A stretch of 64,000 bases of DNA from Tubiluchus corallicola (taxonomy: Eukaryota > Animalia > Priapulida), in contig JAQGDQ010000684.1 of NCBI GenBank assembly GCA_030141605.1, forward strand, positions 1-64,000, written 5' to 3'. A program made the translations under genes and the position numbers. Numbering within the stretch: position 1 is the stretch's first letter; each line of letters starts with the position of its first letter. Of this stretch, positions 11,423 through 25,918 are shown piece after piece. The notes under the pieces are model-generated. The model did no database searches and had not been told where the DNA came from. It saw only the letters and a program-made list of their open reading frames with translations.

Positions 11423-12477
11423 ATCTTGTCAATAAGATTAAAAATACGTTTTTGCTTAGTGAGTGGTGCACCCTGGAGGGTGAGTCGATGACTTACCTAT
11501 TGGCACAAACTTTTTAAATTATTAGTCTAGTTACACAAGTTTTTCCAGCAGGTAAGTAAAATGCTAAGTAATATAGATTTGCATGGATAGTCTTTTGCGA
11601 CATAATTTAACATATTTTCTTCCCCCTGATTTTGATTGTGTGTAGGTGACGTCATGTATTGGTGCCGTCGAAACAGTATTACGGGATACTTAAAATGAAA
11701 ACAAACGAAAATTCCTTTCAACGCAAATTCCCTATGTGCATAAAATTGCTGGAAAGTAGTATAATTTTTTAAGGCGATTTTTCTGAAACCTACTTCAGGT
11801 GCCCCTTTTCTTGTCCTTTAAGGTCTAGGCAATGGTTAAAAATAAACACTGCAAAGTCAAAGCCAAACCCTGGGGCGACCTAGGGAATTTTATCTAAGTA
11901 TTTTGTCTGGTTGCTATAGCAACAGATTACAGGCAAAATTCCTTCACAAAAAATCTGCTTCTAGGTCGTGGTTTACACAAATGGCTAGCATTTAGTGGTC
12001 AGTTGCGAAGCAAAAATATTTACATGCATAATAGTTGCACTGTTTATGTTAACACTGCGTTTTCAGAACATAATAACTCAATATGTGCTGTTTTAATGCA
12101 TAAATTAGGTAAAAAAGTTGTTGATAAAATAAAAATTAGCTTTAAGCGAGGAAAAAATTCATTGTTAAAATGAAACGTGTCTTAGGTCTAAAATTTCTAA
12201 AATGTCTTTGAAACATGAAATGCTAAAGTTAAGCATAACGCAAAGTGATATAACCTTGTACGGAAAGTTTTTTGGGACATACTTTAAGATTCCACTTTAA
12301 TAACTAGATAATATTATTGCAATAATATTTCAGTGACTTGCATTGCTATCACCCATTCATGTGGAAGACCATTTTCCTCCTACAGAAGAAAATTTATTGA
12401 CAAGATATCAGGTGCCTCTCACCAAAAAGAATTAAAAGTAGAAACTGTAAGTTAAAGTAGTAATTTTTAACACCTAC

Positions 12478-12578
12478 CAATATATAGGCTTATTTCAAAA
12501 TGTAATTCGCTCAACTTTCGTGCAAGATAAGTATGGTTTACTGAGAAGAGCTAAAAATTGCAGCAGCCAACTACTTGC
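12478..12578 (-). other. Candidate non-coding 5'-UTR exon upstream of EFTUD2
   Basis: Strong ttttttcatttcag acceptor and TTG|gtaggt donor on -, with stops in all frames. Motif evidence only. Confidence 0.3.
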
Positions 12579-13002
12579 CTGAAATGAAAAAATAAATTTA
12601 GAAGAATAATGATGAATGTGAAGCAATGAGGGAAAATTGCACCTTAAAACAACAGCATTTCTGTCACACTAAAGTTTTTCATATTAACTAGGGGCAAAAC
12701 AGATTATATATCAACACAATAAAAAAGGCGGCACTAAAAGAAACTTACAAATAAAGCAAAACAACATGGGGTACAGCAAACTAACTAGTACTAGGCCTAT
12801 AACTGCTTAATACTTATTGCAAATCAGGACTGCAATTCAATAGAACTTCTCAAATGGTTAACCCAAAATAGTTTGTGAAGTGCTAACTCGGTGTCCACAT
12901 TGCATATTTATGCGAAGCATTTACGTTTATGCAAAACGTTTGTGTACAAATTACCATAATTAATTCCACCCACTCCTAAGTTCTTATTAAAATCAAATGT
13001 GT

Positions 13003-13070
13003 AAACAGCGAGTGAGCTGGTCAGTGGAAGAAGCATTTACAGAAGTGCGGAGTGGTGTGCCAGTGAGGTC
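13003..13070 (+). mobile_element. Possible decayed CR1/L2-type LINE reverse-transcriptase fragment
   Basis: Translates KQRVSWSVEEAFTEVRSGVP, resembling the RKQRV...V.SGVPQGS RT motif. Confidence 0.35.
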
Positions 13071-14960
13071 GAGCAGCATAGCAACCTTGCATGTAATGAT
13101 CAAGAGTTTCAAGAGTTTATTCAAGAGACTCTGATCAGTTTATTCAAGATACAATGATCCACAGTCCATAAGCATTTATGATATTCACAAAACACGAGTA
13201 AAAACGATTTGACAGTCTGGCTCTTCTGTGACTATGCTGCTACTACATTCACAGCAAAAGTGATTGAAATTTGGTACCGCACTTCATCTCAACATTAATT
13301 ATTTTTATGTAAAATTATCACTTCATTAATAAGCTTTATCGTTCAAAATAAATCCCAAATTTTTGTCTAACCAGAGTGATTTAAAATAAATAAAAAGAAA
13401 CTAAATAACAGTAAAGTAAAATAAATAAGACTAAGAAATACCGGTATGGCGGTAATGAATAAACGCGTGGAAAACGACAAAATAGTAAGGTAAGCTGGTA
13501 ACGAAAAGCCTGGGAAAATAAGACACAGAGACAATTACATTTATCTTTTATAACGATTGCACATCTTAGCTCCGTTTTAAATGGCAAATCATTAGATAAA
13601 TTTTTACAACAAAAAAATATAATGAAACAACGTGAAAACGTTTTACAAAGCGCTCAATGCTGCGCTATTTTACCCCAAATTAAATAGGAGAAACCTTAGT
13701 ACACATGACCGATTACACATCTAAAACTGTCGATTTCGCTTTACAACACGACCTCAACGACATGTCGACAACGAAGACACAAACCTGGATAAAGCAGCAG
13801 CAGCTGCAATTCATTAACACATTAAAACAGCAATTTCAATACGAATTTGAACCGCAACAAGTTGAAGTTTAGAGAGACATGATATTTTTTATTTATGTGA
13901 AAAGTTAAGCACTGTTAACATCCTCAACAGGCATTGACTGGCAATAACCTATGGAAGAGGAAAACAACTGGTAACTGGCCAATTAGTACACTAGAAAAAT
14001 AAAACAGCATGGAAAATAATCTTGTAAAGTTTAATTGAAAAATTTTTAAAAAGAAAAAAATTACACCAAAGAGGTGAAAGGTTAGCTGCGAGTGATCATT
14101 GTTAGTTTCAAAATCAAGCCTCGAAACTTCAGACATTGACCATTATGCCGATGCTTGAGTAAACTGAGTTAGCGAGTCCAGCTTGGAATCCACATTACTT
14201 GAAGAATGTTGATGATTTATACTGAAATCGATACAGGCAAGATTTACATGTGAGGTTTTTTTTGAACTGTTTTAAGTATAGAAGGATATTGCAGTTATCC
14301 TCAGTGGCTGCAAAATCTCCACATTCTGGAAGAAAGACACTTGCCTTATTGATATAGTTACAACATACATCAGTTGCAACAATGTGTGTGCTACCCTGAA
14401 AAACTTTTTCCTAGAAAAGACTCTTGCTCATAAAAGTTTTTGCCATTTCTCTGTGTTTGGAAAACATGCACATGCATCTACATGTGACAATGACATCTCT
14501 GCCAGTTCAGTTTTTCATCTCAGAGGGTTATCATGGTCATGAACCTGTAATAAATCTTGCAAAAAGCATAATTTTATCGGGCAACGACGACCCCAAGATA
14601 TTCACTAATCTACATAGTTTGGAAAACCTTAAATTTACATTTTTTATAATCACATTTTGTTATGAAAACCAATTGAATTTGAAGTGATATATGCAGCAAA
14701 TGATACAGTGCAAAATAATTTGAAAAAACAAATTCATCCTAAGAACATTTGAAATTGCAGCAACAAAGTCTAAAAAAATCCAAAAGACAATTAAAATAAA
14801 AGTTGGCCTTAAATATTACTCTAATTGATTCTGATTTCTCATACTCATTAGCCAAAGTGCTGTAGACAATTAATAGAGGCAGAAAGAGAAAGGGCAAAAG
14901 AGAGAGAATGGGCAAGGGAGTGAGATAACTAGAGGTGGGAAAGAGGGAGAGGAAGCTAGA

Positions 14961-14964
<4 letters not shown>

Positions 14965-15030
<66 letters not shown>
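14965..15030. repeat. (GA)n microsatellite
   Basis: Direct inspection. Confidence 0.9.
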
Positions 15031-16999
15031 GCTGAGGGACAAACTCTTATTTACAAACTTAACATCTTTTTACATGGTTGAAATAGAGCACATTTACTTG
15101 CCAAAAACTATTTTTCAAAATTTGCTCATTAAAGTTTATTTTCAGCAGAAATAATTATTAAAAACAAAAAGAAATAAAAGCATAAAAGATGTATTTGGCA
15201 AAATAACAATTTCTAATAAATGAGACAACTCAAGATAAATAAAGATAAAATTAAAAAAATGCAGAATATTTGACAATGACAATAATTATTGTAACGATTT
15301 ATGCACTTAGTATTATGCGTTACATCTTGAATTTGGGCCATAAGCAAAGAAATAGGATAAAAACCTATTAGATGAAAGAACTGGAAATAACCCAAGACTT
15401 GATTAAAAATGTAAATCATTTGACGTGCATAGAACTGCTCCTTATCCGGTTAATAAACAAAGATTAATTAACATTTGAAATTATTGGTGATATAAGTTGA
15501 AACCAATTATTCTCTTTTATATCTTTTGCTAAAATACTAGAAGCATCAAAGTTTGTGACATGAGGAGGTAATGACTGATTAGTACCACATTTCTACACCA
15601 AGATTGTAGTGATTTCCGACTAAGGAAAGTCATCACTTTTTTCGCCACAGATGACGGTATTATCTGTATTGTTTCTCCTGTCATGGCGGCTCCCACGGTC
15701 AGTGTGTTTTTTCATTTTAAAAGTGAGATTATGCTTTTCAAAGAGGTTTGCACAAATTATTACTGGAGATCGATGGCCAAAAGTAAAAGTAACTAAGATT
15801 TACGTAACAACGTTCGGAAAGAAAAATCTATCAAGAAGATTAAACGCAAAAGCCTGAGTAAGTCGTGTAGTGTGCTCTGAGTTTACCTGTTGAACCACAC
15901 TTTCATGAATCTAATCACTCATCAAAGTAGCCAAGGAAGTTATAATTTTTGGATCTATCTATGAGATTACGTAGTAATATTATTATCTGTGACAGATACC
16001 TTATTCATTTAGATGGATTTAACACAAAAAGTCACCAGTGGAACATTTCTAATGTGAAAGTTAATCTTGGAGATCGAATGACGTAGAGACAGATGGTGGG
16101 TAGTGATGATAACGTAAGAGTAAGTGGATGTTGATCTAGTATTTCTGGTACTATGCAAAAAAAAATTTCAAATTAGTACTAAACTGTTTAAATTTGAATC
16201 TTGACAATGTTCAACGACTGTCATTGTGGCCTCGACAGTTACCTGACGACAAGTCCCAATTTCACATAATTTGTGTGACAGTTAACGGTCTAGGGAAAGG
16301 GTGATAACTCTAGTTCTCCACGCATTATGACATGCTGTATCCGCATAAATACTTACTCATACAGCATAAGTTTATACTTTACATGTTCTCATAATCAAAC
16401 TGAACATTCAAGTGCAACACACAGCAATTGAGTACGTAGAGAAATTGTGTGCATCAGAGCCAATAAGCTGCCATCTTTCATGTAATTTGTTACAGTATTG
16501 AGTGTGCTGTGTTCAATTGTTCAACTTGTTAAGTTTGTGAACGTTGGAAATTAGCATTAATGACAATAGCGTTAATTACTGAGCTATTCTTATGAATACT
16601 AAACGAGTTCAAATTTTTTAGTTTCGTAATTTTATCAGACGTAATCAAAAACTTAGTAAATAATTAATCCACACAGTAAACATAGGCCTGTTTTGTTATG
16701 TAATTTTAGGAAATCAATTTTTCGTATTAGAATTATTTAGTGCAGGGGGCTCCACAATTCTTAATGAGGCCCTGCCTTCTTAGCTGTCACTATTCAGCGT
16801 GGTTATTTGTGTTTTAATTTTGACTGGTTTTGAAAAAGTGACCTGAATTATTTTTCCGTTGTCTGTGGCGACTTGCAACAAATACCAAAACAAAGCGAGA
16901 TTTCTTTATGTCAGGCATGCTTGAAACCTATTGATGTTGAGAAATTATTGATTTTTGTTCAGATGCTTTGACAAAAATACAGAACAGCTTGCCTGAGAG

Positions 17000-17099
17000 A
17001 TGAAGCTTAAAGAATTGCAAAGTGCCTTAGAAAACATTGAAACCTTTTCAACACCCAAGGTGGCGCTTGAACAGTATCAAACCAGTCCTCACATAGCCG
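17000..17099 (+). CDS. METTL5: METTL5 (18S rRNA m6A methyltransferase) coding exon 1
   Basis: MKLKELQSALENIETFSTPKVALEQYQTSPHIA; in-frame TGA just upstream; G|gtaagt donor. Confidence 0.93.
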
Positions 17100-17401
17100 G
17101 TAAGTTTTAAAGCCTGTTTACACGGAGTGGCTTTCGGCGAGATCGTACGCTTGTTTTGCTGCAAAGGAAGTTTGCTTGGTTTTCACACGGCTCATCACTT
17201 TAAGTAAAATGATGTTGTCTGTAGATCGAATTTTGGCTTTATGCTTACACAGACGAAAAAAAATGGTGCCAGATAGTAGCGGATATAGACATGCGTCAGC
17301 GCTCAGAAAGTTACAAATAAGATCCATCTAAGATTAATACATCAACTCATACAATAACTCTATTTTCACTCAGATAAGTTTCAATAGTATTTTAGGATAA
17401 C

Positions 17402-17780
17402 AACCCTTTTGTTAGTTCCAGCAATTGATGATGATCGTGAAAAGGTCAAAGGTTAAGTGTACCGAACAACACATTTGTGAACACTTGAAAGCACCTCGCA
17501 GCCCATGCTGCTGTAATCGTAACAGTTTTAACAGCTAGCTAGAACCTTACCTACTTCATTCTTCTTGTTCCCAAGCAAGGTCCTGCTAGTAAATCATTCT
17601 ATAGACAGACTAATGCATAATTAAGTAAAGTCCATGTATAACGATTAAAATTACTAAACTGACGTAACGGACGATTTTGCTTTACCCACATGTCACGTGA
17701 TGGTTGTAGTTAAGGCGCATTGCTGTGGTACACTTAACCTTTTACCCACAGCAACTGCGCATGCGCACAATGAAAAGGCT
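17402..17780 (+). mobile_element. PIF/Harbinger-like MITE in METTL5 intron 1
   Basis: Homologous to the copies at 4123-4492, 43331-43715 and 58397-58771; ends TGAAAAGGCT-TA. Confidence 0.7.
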
Positions 17781-18057
17781 TATTGACGATAGAATTTGAT
17801 AACTTATTTAAATTGACAGAGAATTATATTCATAAAAACACTAATTAGTACAAGGTGCTAAAATCAATAGGATCTTTTCTGATGTTACAAAGGCCACTTT
17901 TGATTGGTTGCCTACAAAACCTCAGTGTTACTAAGGCAGTTTTAATTAATCAGTTTTATCGTAAACTTAGTTTAGATGAACATTACAACGTTACAACTTT
18001 TTCCTGATTTAATTTTCCTGTTTTTCTCCAAAAACTAATATTTAATCAACCTTTTGA

Positions 18058-18189
<132 letters not shown>

Positions 18190-18898
18190 TAAGAGTCCCT
18201 TTGTTGATGATAATGTAGTTATTCACTCAAAAATTTTCACACATCCTCGTCCCATATGCCTTTGCATTGAATAGTTATTCTGCATATTTTTCGCACATGG
18301 GTTTGGCTGGGTTTGGTTGAATTTGGCTGTGTTTGGTTTGTGTTTCTCGGGATTTTGGCTTACGAATGACTCCGTCACTGGCAACCCTGCTTGAAGATCT
18401 TGCATATTGACCACTGACTGAAATTAATGCCGTACTTTCCCGTGATTCCACATGACACAAATTATTTGTTTTTTCATTTTTTTCGTATTTCTAGTTTGGT
18501 TGGTAAACTTGGAACTTAAGTTTAAAAGTTCACCGTTTCAATGAACCTGTTAACGCATTCACAATTAAGTTACTTTTCTAATTTAGCTTAAGTTTGTAAG
18601 CTCACCGTAAACTTAATGAGTTACCGGAACTCGTTTGTCCCATTACTGAATAATTCTTGCTGTTGGTTTGACTTAGTCGTAGGATTTTTTCAGCATTAAT
18701 AAATTCAACAAAGCGTGTCTTGTTGAGTTGGTGCCTTTGTAACTATAGCCATTGTAATGTAGCACAAACGTTGAGTGACTATACTGTTGTTGCGTAACTG
18801 CAAACAATGTCTGTCAAATTGAGCTTATGACTGAAGCAAAATTTTGATTACTAGGCAGATGTAAAGGCGTTAGGCAAAATGAGGGTTACCATTTACAC

Positions 18899-19343
18899 CA
18901 GGGGTGTGCAAATTGCGGCCCGCCGAAAGAATTTGTGCGGCCCGGGCGATTAATTGAGTGTATCCAGCTGAAGTCCGTGCCACGATCCCAAAGATAGTGC
19001 GGGTAGTTTTTTCTACTAGACGGATGCCATTAACCCTTACAAGACGGTTGTAGCTTAATGTCAGTGTACTACACAGACTGTGTGATACACATTACTAATA
19101 TGCATTGTAATGAAATTACCACTATCTGTCCTGAAAGTAGAAATATATGGTTTGTAATATAAATTTTAGTAACTTCTAAAATAGTTCTTTGAGTGTAGTA
19201 GTAATGATGTACGCAGGTCGGATGCAAAAAAATCCTTATTAGGCCTTTCTGTACTTGGCTCCTTGATCAAACTGCCTGTGGCCCGCAGGAATTGCGGGAA
19301 AGTTTAATATGGCCCAGCTAGTCAGATAATTTGCACACCCCTG
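18899..19343 (+). mobile_element. hAT (Charlie-like) MITE, intact
   Basis: TIR CAGGGGTGTGCAAATT / AATTTGCACACCCCTG; perfect 8-bp TSD ATTTACAC. Confidence 0.9.
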
Positions 19344-20213
19344 ATTTACACGATAATTATCGGAACATGCGATAATTTGATGTTTCGTATCGTATGAAAA
19401 AGAGACTATACCATAATCGATATTCATACAATAATTCAGGAACACGAAACAAAAAAATGTTGAAAATTCTTCGCTGAAAACATTTAGAATGTTACTACTA
19501 ACCAGTAGTAATGCGTGCTGGTCGTAGCACCCTGAAAACAACTACCATTTTCAAAAACGGACGCTCATGACTTGATTCTGCACATCCAGAATTTAGTAAT
19601 ATTTCACTGTGTTATCAGTGAATTTCATTTTACACTTGTTAATGCCACATTTTGCTGTTATACTTACTTATTAAATGCATAATTATATAATAATTTGTTT
19701 CAGTATATAATAAATTTGGGTTTTGGGTAGTTCGACAAAGAAATGTAATAATTTGTCCACAAATATTTTAATTTTAAACTCCTATACAATAGTCAACATC
19801 TTACAAAATATGTGATAGAGATGTCAGAGATGACTCCAGAAAGGAAAGTATGGATTCCTACAATGAAACATACAGACACTAAAAATAGTCCGAACTACAT
19901 ACAAACATCATATATAAGCAGAAAAAAGTATAAAAAAGAAATAGTTTTATAACAGTTATAAGGTATACTATAGCAATTTTAATTCAAACATAGTACAATT
20001 GTATTAGAAACCTGTTTCTGTAATGTGTTAGTACATTAGTAATTAAAAACAGGCACTCAAATAATATTTAATATGTAGGGTAGGATGGGGTAACGGGCAA
20101 CTCTGGGCAAAATACTGGACACTGGTAAGAGGTGTTTTTATGGAATAAACAAAAACGTTGTGTTCATGGGCTGCATTTTAACTTTTATGCTTTTTGCTTT
20201 TGTGACATTTCAG

Positions 20214-20407
20214 CATGTGTGTCGGGGTCGATGTTGACGGAGATGCATTAAACACATGCAGAAGCAACATCCCGGAAGAGGTCATAGATACGCTTCAATT
20301 CATTCAAGTTGATGTGAAGCAGTTGCAGCAAGAAAATGCGCTTAATTGGAAAAAAATGTACGACACTGTGATTATGAACCCTCCCTTTGGAACGAAGCAT
20401 AACAAAG
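20214..20407 (+). CDS. METTL5: METTL5 coding exon 3
   Basis: MCVGVDVDGDAL...YDTVIMNPPFGTKHNK (catalytic NPPF); phase 2-1. Confidence 0.95.
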
Positions 20408-22222
20408 GTACAATAGGTACTTAGTAGCTTATATAGGTTTTACATGTCAAATATAGACCTGCGTTAACTCATATCTAGATTTAGGTAATTCAAATGTGTC
20501 TTGGTAACTCAAATGTAGACTTAGGTAGTTCAAGTGTGTTAACATTGATTTTCAAGACCTTAAGCGTTTTTGGTAAGTCAAATGTAGACACATGTCAAGT
20601 CTAATGTGACATTGGTATCTCAAATGTGGATATGTGGTAAAGTTTAAGGATGTTAAATTTAATCTTCTTTAATTTCAATTTAATGATTGCTCTTAAGTTA
20701 AAATAACAACGTTATAGGTTCACTAATATTCTGCAAACTTTACATACCATTGGAACTGTTAGAAAAAACAATATATTCTTAAAATAAACAATGTTTCTTG
20801 AGAGATTTGAACTTTCCTGTGCCTACATTTGACGTGTAAAACCTATAGTAATACGGATTTTGCGGTATTGTATTGCTGTCCTCTATGCTAAATGCAAGTA
20901 AATTTGATGCTTCCCAAATGCGCTAATGCAGTTAAATAACAGTGGAATAACATGGCTCCATGTTCTTTTTTTGAAAATATGTAAGATCCATATAGTGTTT
21001 AATTCTGTTTAGTGTTTAATTGTTATGATAACATGTACTGTACAGGGGGAGTACTTAAATTTTCTACTCCAGTGCTTGTTTTCTAATACATCTGTGGTCG
21101 AGATAGGTACAGACCATGGATATTACACTTCTGGTTGTGAAATTGGTTAGATGTAAACATGACAAGGAATTTGAGACACATAGAGGAGTAATAGGCCTAT
21201 AGCTACTTAATGAATTCAGGCTGTTGTTGGTTTATACGTTAAAGATAGTATATGTGTACATGAATGTACTTGTACACATGTACATGTAAATGTATGTGTG
21301 TACTTTGAGTACGCAAAACTGATATAGGTGTCAGAATTCTAATTTCTTATTTATTTTGTAATGAGAATGACTGCTTAACTTGGCATTTTTTTGGCTAATT
21401 ATTTTTTAGACACAACAGTAATTTTTAGAATGCTTTAATGTATGTTAATAAATAGTCACTCTCTTTAAAGTTTTTTTAAATTCTTTATCACAAGAACAAC
21501 ATTTCTTTTTTAAAAAGACAACTATATAATAAATTTTATTAAAGCAAAACCGGACCCAATCTTAAACTGTAGGTTAAAACAATCTACTCTTTAAAAAATT
21601 GAAAGGAAAAATACTATTTTTTTTTCAAAAATGACTTATGTGAAAGAATTTTTACCACACAAACACAATTTCACTTTCGCGCCACTAGTTCTTCGCTGTT
21701 ACATGCATTTCGCCATTTGCTAATTAGGTGGACACTAGCGCCTGCATTTCGTAAACGCATTGCACAAGAACAGGTGTTGTACCTTTCAGTTCAGATTTGT
21801 TAGTTTGTGACGAATTACACACATTCGATGTGCGTGAGCACAGTGGTAAATTTGAAATTTGAATTTTTATCTTAAAACTTGTCTAGTTTTAGTACAACAC
21901 ACTGGATATCTTATGCACTGTACTGCAATTTTCGCTTTCACAAACACACGCAGCGCGCTCATGGAATATTTTTCCTGTTGAAAAGTATGTTAGTTTGTGA
22001 TGTCATCAATAGGTGGGCCATCTCAGATTAATTAAGTTTTTAATTTATTATTTAATTATCAGAAACGCTTTTGCAGTATTAACTGTGTTAAAATGTATAC
22101 TTTTCATGGGATTTGTAAATAGGGTAGTATATGAAATTTCATCCTGTCTTCCTTGAAATTTTTGATTAGAAAAACTCAGTGTATCTACTGCATACTAGCC
22201 GTCATCTTCAGGAAATATATGA

Positions 22223-22480
<258 letters not shown>

Positions 22481-22521
22481 GATCAGTCAGATGCCGAAGT
22501 TTAAAGAAAGCTGTCTACTTG

Positions 22522-23733
22522 GTGGAATGTGCTGAAGAAGGCAATGTGTTTTAGAGGAATGTGCTAAAGAAGGCCATGTGTTTTAGAGGAATGTGCTAAA
22601 GAAGGCCATGTGTTTTAGAGGAATGTGCTAAAGAAGGCCATGTGTTTTAGAGGAATGTGCTAAAGAAGGCCATGTGCTTTAGGGGAATGTGCTAAAGAAG
22701 GCCATGTGCTTTGGGGGAATGTGCTAAAGAAGGCCATGTGTTTTAGAGGAATGTGCTAAAGAAGGCCATGTGCTAAAGAAGGCCATGTGCTTTAGAGGAA
22801 TGTGCTAAAGAAGGCCATGTGTTTTAGAGGAATGTGCTAAAGAAGGCCATGTGCTTTGGGGGAATGTGCTAAAGAAGGCCATGTGTTTTAGAGGAATGTG
22901 CTAAAGAAGGCCATGTGTTTTAGAGGAATGTGCTAAAGAAGGCCATGTGCTTTAGGGGAATGTGCTAAAGAAGGCCATGTGCTTTGGGGGAATGTGCTAA
23001 AGAAGGCCATGTGTTTTAGAGGAATGTGCTAAAGAAGGCCATGTGCTAAAGAAGGCCATGTGCTTTAGAGGAATGTGCTAAAGAAGGCCATGTGTTTTAG
23101 AGGAATGTGCTAAAGAAGGCCATGTGCTTTGGGGGAATGTGCTAAAGAAGGCCATGTGTTTTAGAGGAATGTGCTAAAGAAGGCCATGTGTTTTAGAGGA
23201 ATGTGCTAAAGAAGGCCATGTGCTTTAAAGGAATGTGCTAAAGTCTGCCACGTGTTTTAGAGGAATGTGCTAAAGAAGGCCATATGTTTTAGAGGAATGT
23301 GCTATAGTATGTCACGTGTTTTAGAGGAATGTGCTAAAGTATGCCACGTGCTTTAGAGGAATGTGCTAAAGAAGGCCATGTGTTTTAGAGGAATGTGCTA
23401 AAGAAGGCCATGTGTTTTAGAGGAATGTGCTAAAGAAGGCCATGTGTTTTAGAGGAATGTGCTAAAGAAGGCCATGTGCTTTAGGGGAATGTGCTAAAGA
23501 AGGCCATGTGCTTTAAAGGAATGTGCTAAAGTCTGCCACGTGTTTTAGAGGAATGTGCTAAAGAAGGCCATATGTTTTAGAGGAATGTGCTATAGTATGT
23601 CACGTGTTTTAGAGGAATGTGCTAAAGTATGCCACGTGCTTTAGAGGAATGTGCTAAAGTAGGCCATGTGCTTTAGGGGAATGTGCTAAAGAAGGCCATG
23701 TGTTTTAGAGGAATGTGCTAAAGAAGGCCATGT
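22522..23733. repeat. 32-bp minisatellite (~38 copies) just after the METTL5 stop
   Basis: Unit GAGGAATGTGCTAAAGAAGGCCATGTGTTTTA, with blocks of variant units repeated. Confidence 0.95.
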
Positions 23734-24173
23734 TCTAGTCAGCAGTTGAGTTTTTATCTGTCAAAGAACCACTGGTCTTTTGGATCATGCTGGTCAGTAG
23801 TCATGCAGATCATCTGGTCAATGGACATGCATTCATTTCCGTTCTGTTACTGTTTTATAAATTTTCTAACAAGTGTACCTTATGAGAGAAATAGACCTAA
23901 TAGTTGATCTTGAACTTGACAGACTGAATGATGAAGGATGATTATTAACTTTTATCATTGACTCAAGCAACAATTACCAGTGTACAATTATGAAGTGTTT
24001 ACGAATACAAATCCAACATCTGTTAGAAGCTTATTCTCAAAACTGTGCATGGATTTTATACAGTTTGCTTAAGAAATTGTGTCATCATATGAAATTGCTG
24101 AGCCTAGTGTTCCGAAAAGGAATCAAAAAGGAACTTCAATTTTCTAAACTCATGCAAGCTTTTTAGCAATTGA

Positions 24174-24728
24174 CCCTTTCACTACATAGTTGCTTTTTAA
24201 CTGGGCCACATTGACTTTTGCACATTTGACAATAACTTCTTGTGGTGTGCTACTAAAACAGAATCTTGTAAATAAACAAATAGTTGTTCATATCGAATAC
24301 TAATATTAAATATTAGTTTTATTTCTGCACACCCTCATAAATAAGCATGTATTTAGAAATTAGTTTTCACAAAGACACGATACTAATCCATAATATGCCG
24401 TCGTTTTATAAAAATGCAGAACAATCCACTAAACATACATTTCATCAACGATCTACAAGTGATTTTGCATGGGAACATACCATACTATACAGTATTGTGG
24501 AATGCACCTGGTTTCAGATGCTGATTGGCTGGTTAGCATTACTTGTTGCGAAGCAACCCCAATCCCATGACTGTTAAACTTTTCTATAGTGGTTTGCATG
24601 GCCGTAACAGTGAAATAAACAGACCTGGGTGACTGTGCTTAGTGCAGAGCTTGGGCAGCAGTCTACCGCCTTCCATCCCTTGCATGAAAAACATAAGCGG
24701 CAGTGTGCCGCCTTCCATAGTGAAAGGG
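24174..24728. mobile_element. piggyBac-type MITE
   Basis: TTGA-CCCTTTCACTA ... TAGTGAAAGGG-TTAA. Confidence 0.55.
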
Positions 24729-25051
24729 TTAAGCACTATTTAGCACTGATGTTGAAGGGTTAAACTAGTGTAAAGGTCAAACTAGTTGGTCAAACTTGTA
24801 AATTTGCTAGACATTATCATAATTAAGAAACAAAAACAGATACAATTTAAAAGCCGATTACAGTATGTCCCAGTTATTTATAATAGAGATTTCCACAGGT
24901 TAGGTCACTGTAGCCATTAGCTAATCTGCCTAACAACAATAATCAATTAAAATTTGTCTAAAAAAACTTCTTGAATTAAATGTCAAAATGTAGAGTCAGG
25001 GAGACCACCACTAAAGCACTACTGTATCACCTTTGACAATATTCTTACATA

Positions 25052-25382
25052 CAGTCAACCCTTGTTAAACCGGACTAGTTGGGGAGGGTGAGTGGTCCGG
25101 TTTAGCCGATTGTCCGATTTATCCGATAAGCCTATATATGGTCTATATTACACAGGAATAATCACCTTAATAAGGCCTATATACATTGCACTATATGCTA
25201 TACTGTATATTACTTTAAAATAGTTAACCTGTGAGGATAAAGAAATTATTGTACAGTTGGTAGGCCGTGTTGTGTTTAGCGCTCGGACTCGGGTGGAAAT
25301 CGGTCAGTTTCCTTTACCACGGATGACGTCCGTCTTCTCCGATATCTGGGCTAACGGGGTTCGGTTTAACGAGGGTCGACTG
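25052..25382. mobile_element. Tc1/mariner (pogo/Tigger-like) MITE
   Basis: TA-CAGTCAACCCTTGTTAAACCG ... CGGTTTAACGAGGGTCGACTG-TA. Confidence 0.8.
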
Positions 25383-25737
25383 TATTTGTTATATAAGTCA
25401 ATTTTTTATTAGACTTAAAACAAAACTACTTTATTAAAACTTGTGTTGTTTCAACTATAAATTGTCATACATTATTACTATCCCTAGATTATTATGTAAT
25501 ATTACTTCACCTGCCATTAGTTGACTATGTTCCTTATTTTTTATTTTTGTGTCAATATATATATATATATATATATATAAGTATTAATTTTTAACTATAC
25601 AAACATTACTTACAGCAATAGTACAGCGCCAGTAAAATGATGATCACTAATATCAGAGGGCAGCTGACTAGTTGACCAATTGGTTTTTCACTGCAGTTTC
25701 ATCACAAGATGTTTATCAAATTATGATTTGTTTGTAT

Positions 25738-25740
<3 letters not shown>

Positions 25741-25774
<34 letters not shown>

Positions 25775-25918
25775 CGTGCGTGCGTGTGTGTGTGCGTGTG
25801 TGTGTGCATGTGTGGGTGTGTGCGTGCATGCGTGCGTGTTGGTGTGTGTGCGTGCGTGCATTTGTGTGTGTGCATGTGGGTGCGTGCGTGGGGGTGGGGG
25901 TGTGCGCGTGTGCGTGTG
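25741..25918. repeat. (TG)n/(TGCG)n microsatellite
   Basis: Direct inspection; similar tracts at 28548-28650 and 28906-28950. Confidence 0.9.

Noticed and set aside
14195-14395. Stop-free minus-strand segment after a tttttcag acceptor (GSTHIVATDVCC...SSTFFK*)
   Set aside because: No recognisable homology and no compatible upstream exon found.
15651-15857. ORF and CATGGCGGC (YY1-like) motif as a possible EFTUD2/METTL5 bidirectional promoter
   Set aside because: The position is plausible, but a single short motif cannot support a promoter call.
22522-23733. Minisatellites (also 32029, 56650, 62048) as CRISPR arrays
   Set aside because: Head-to-tail units with no unique spacers, no cas genes, and eukaryotic context.
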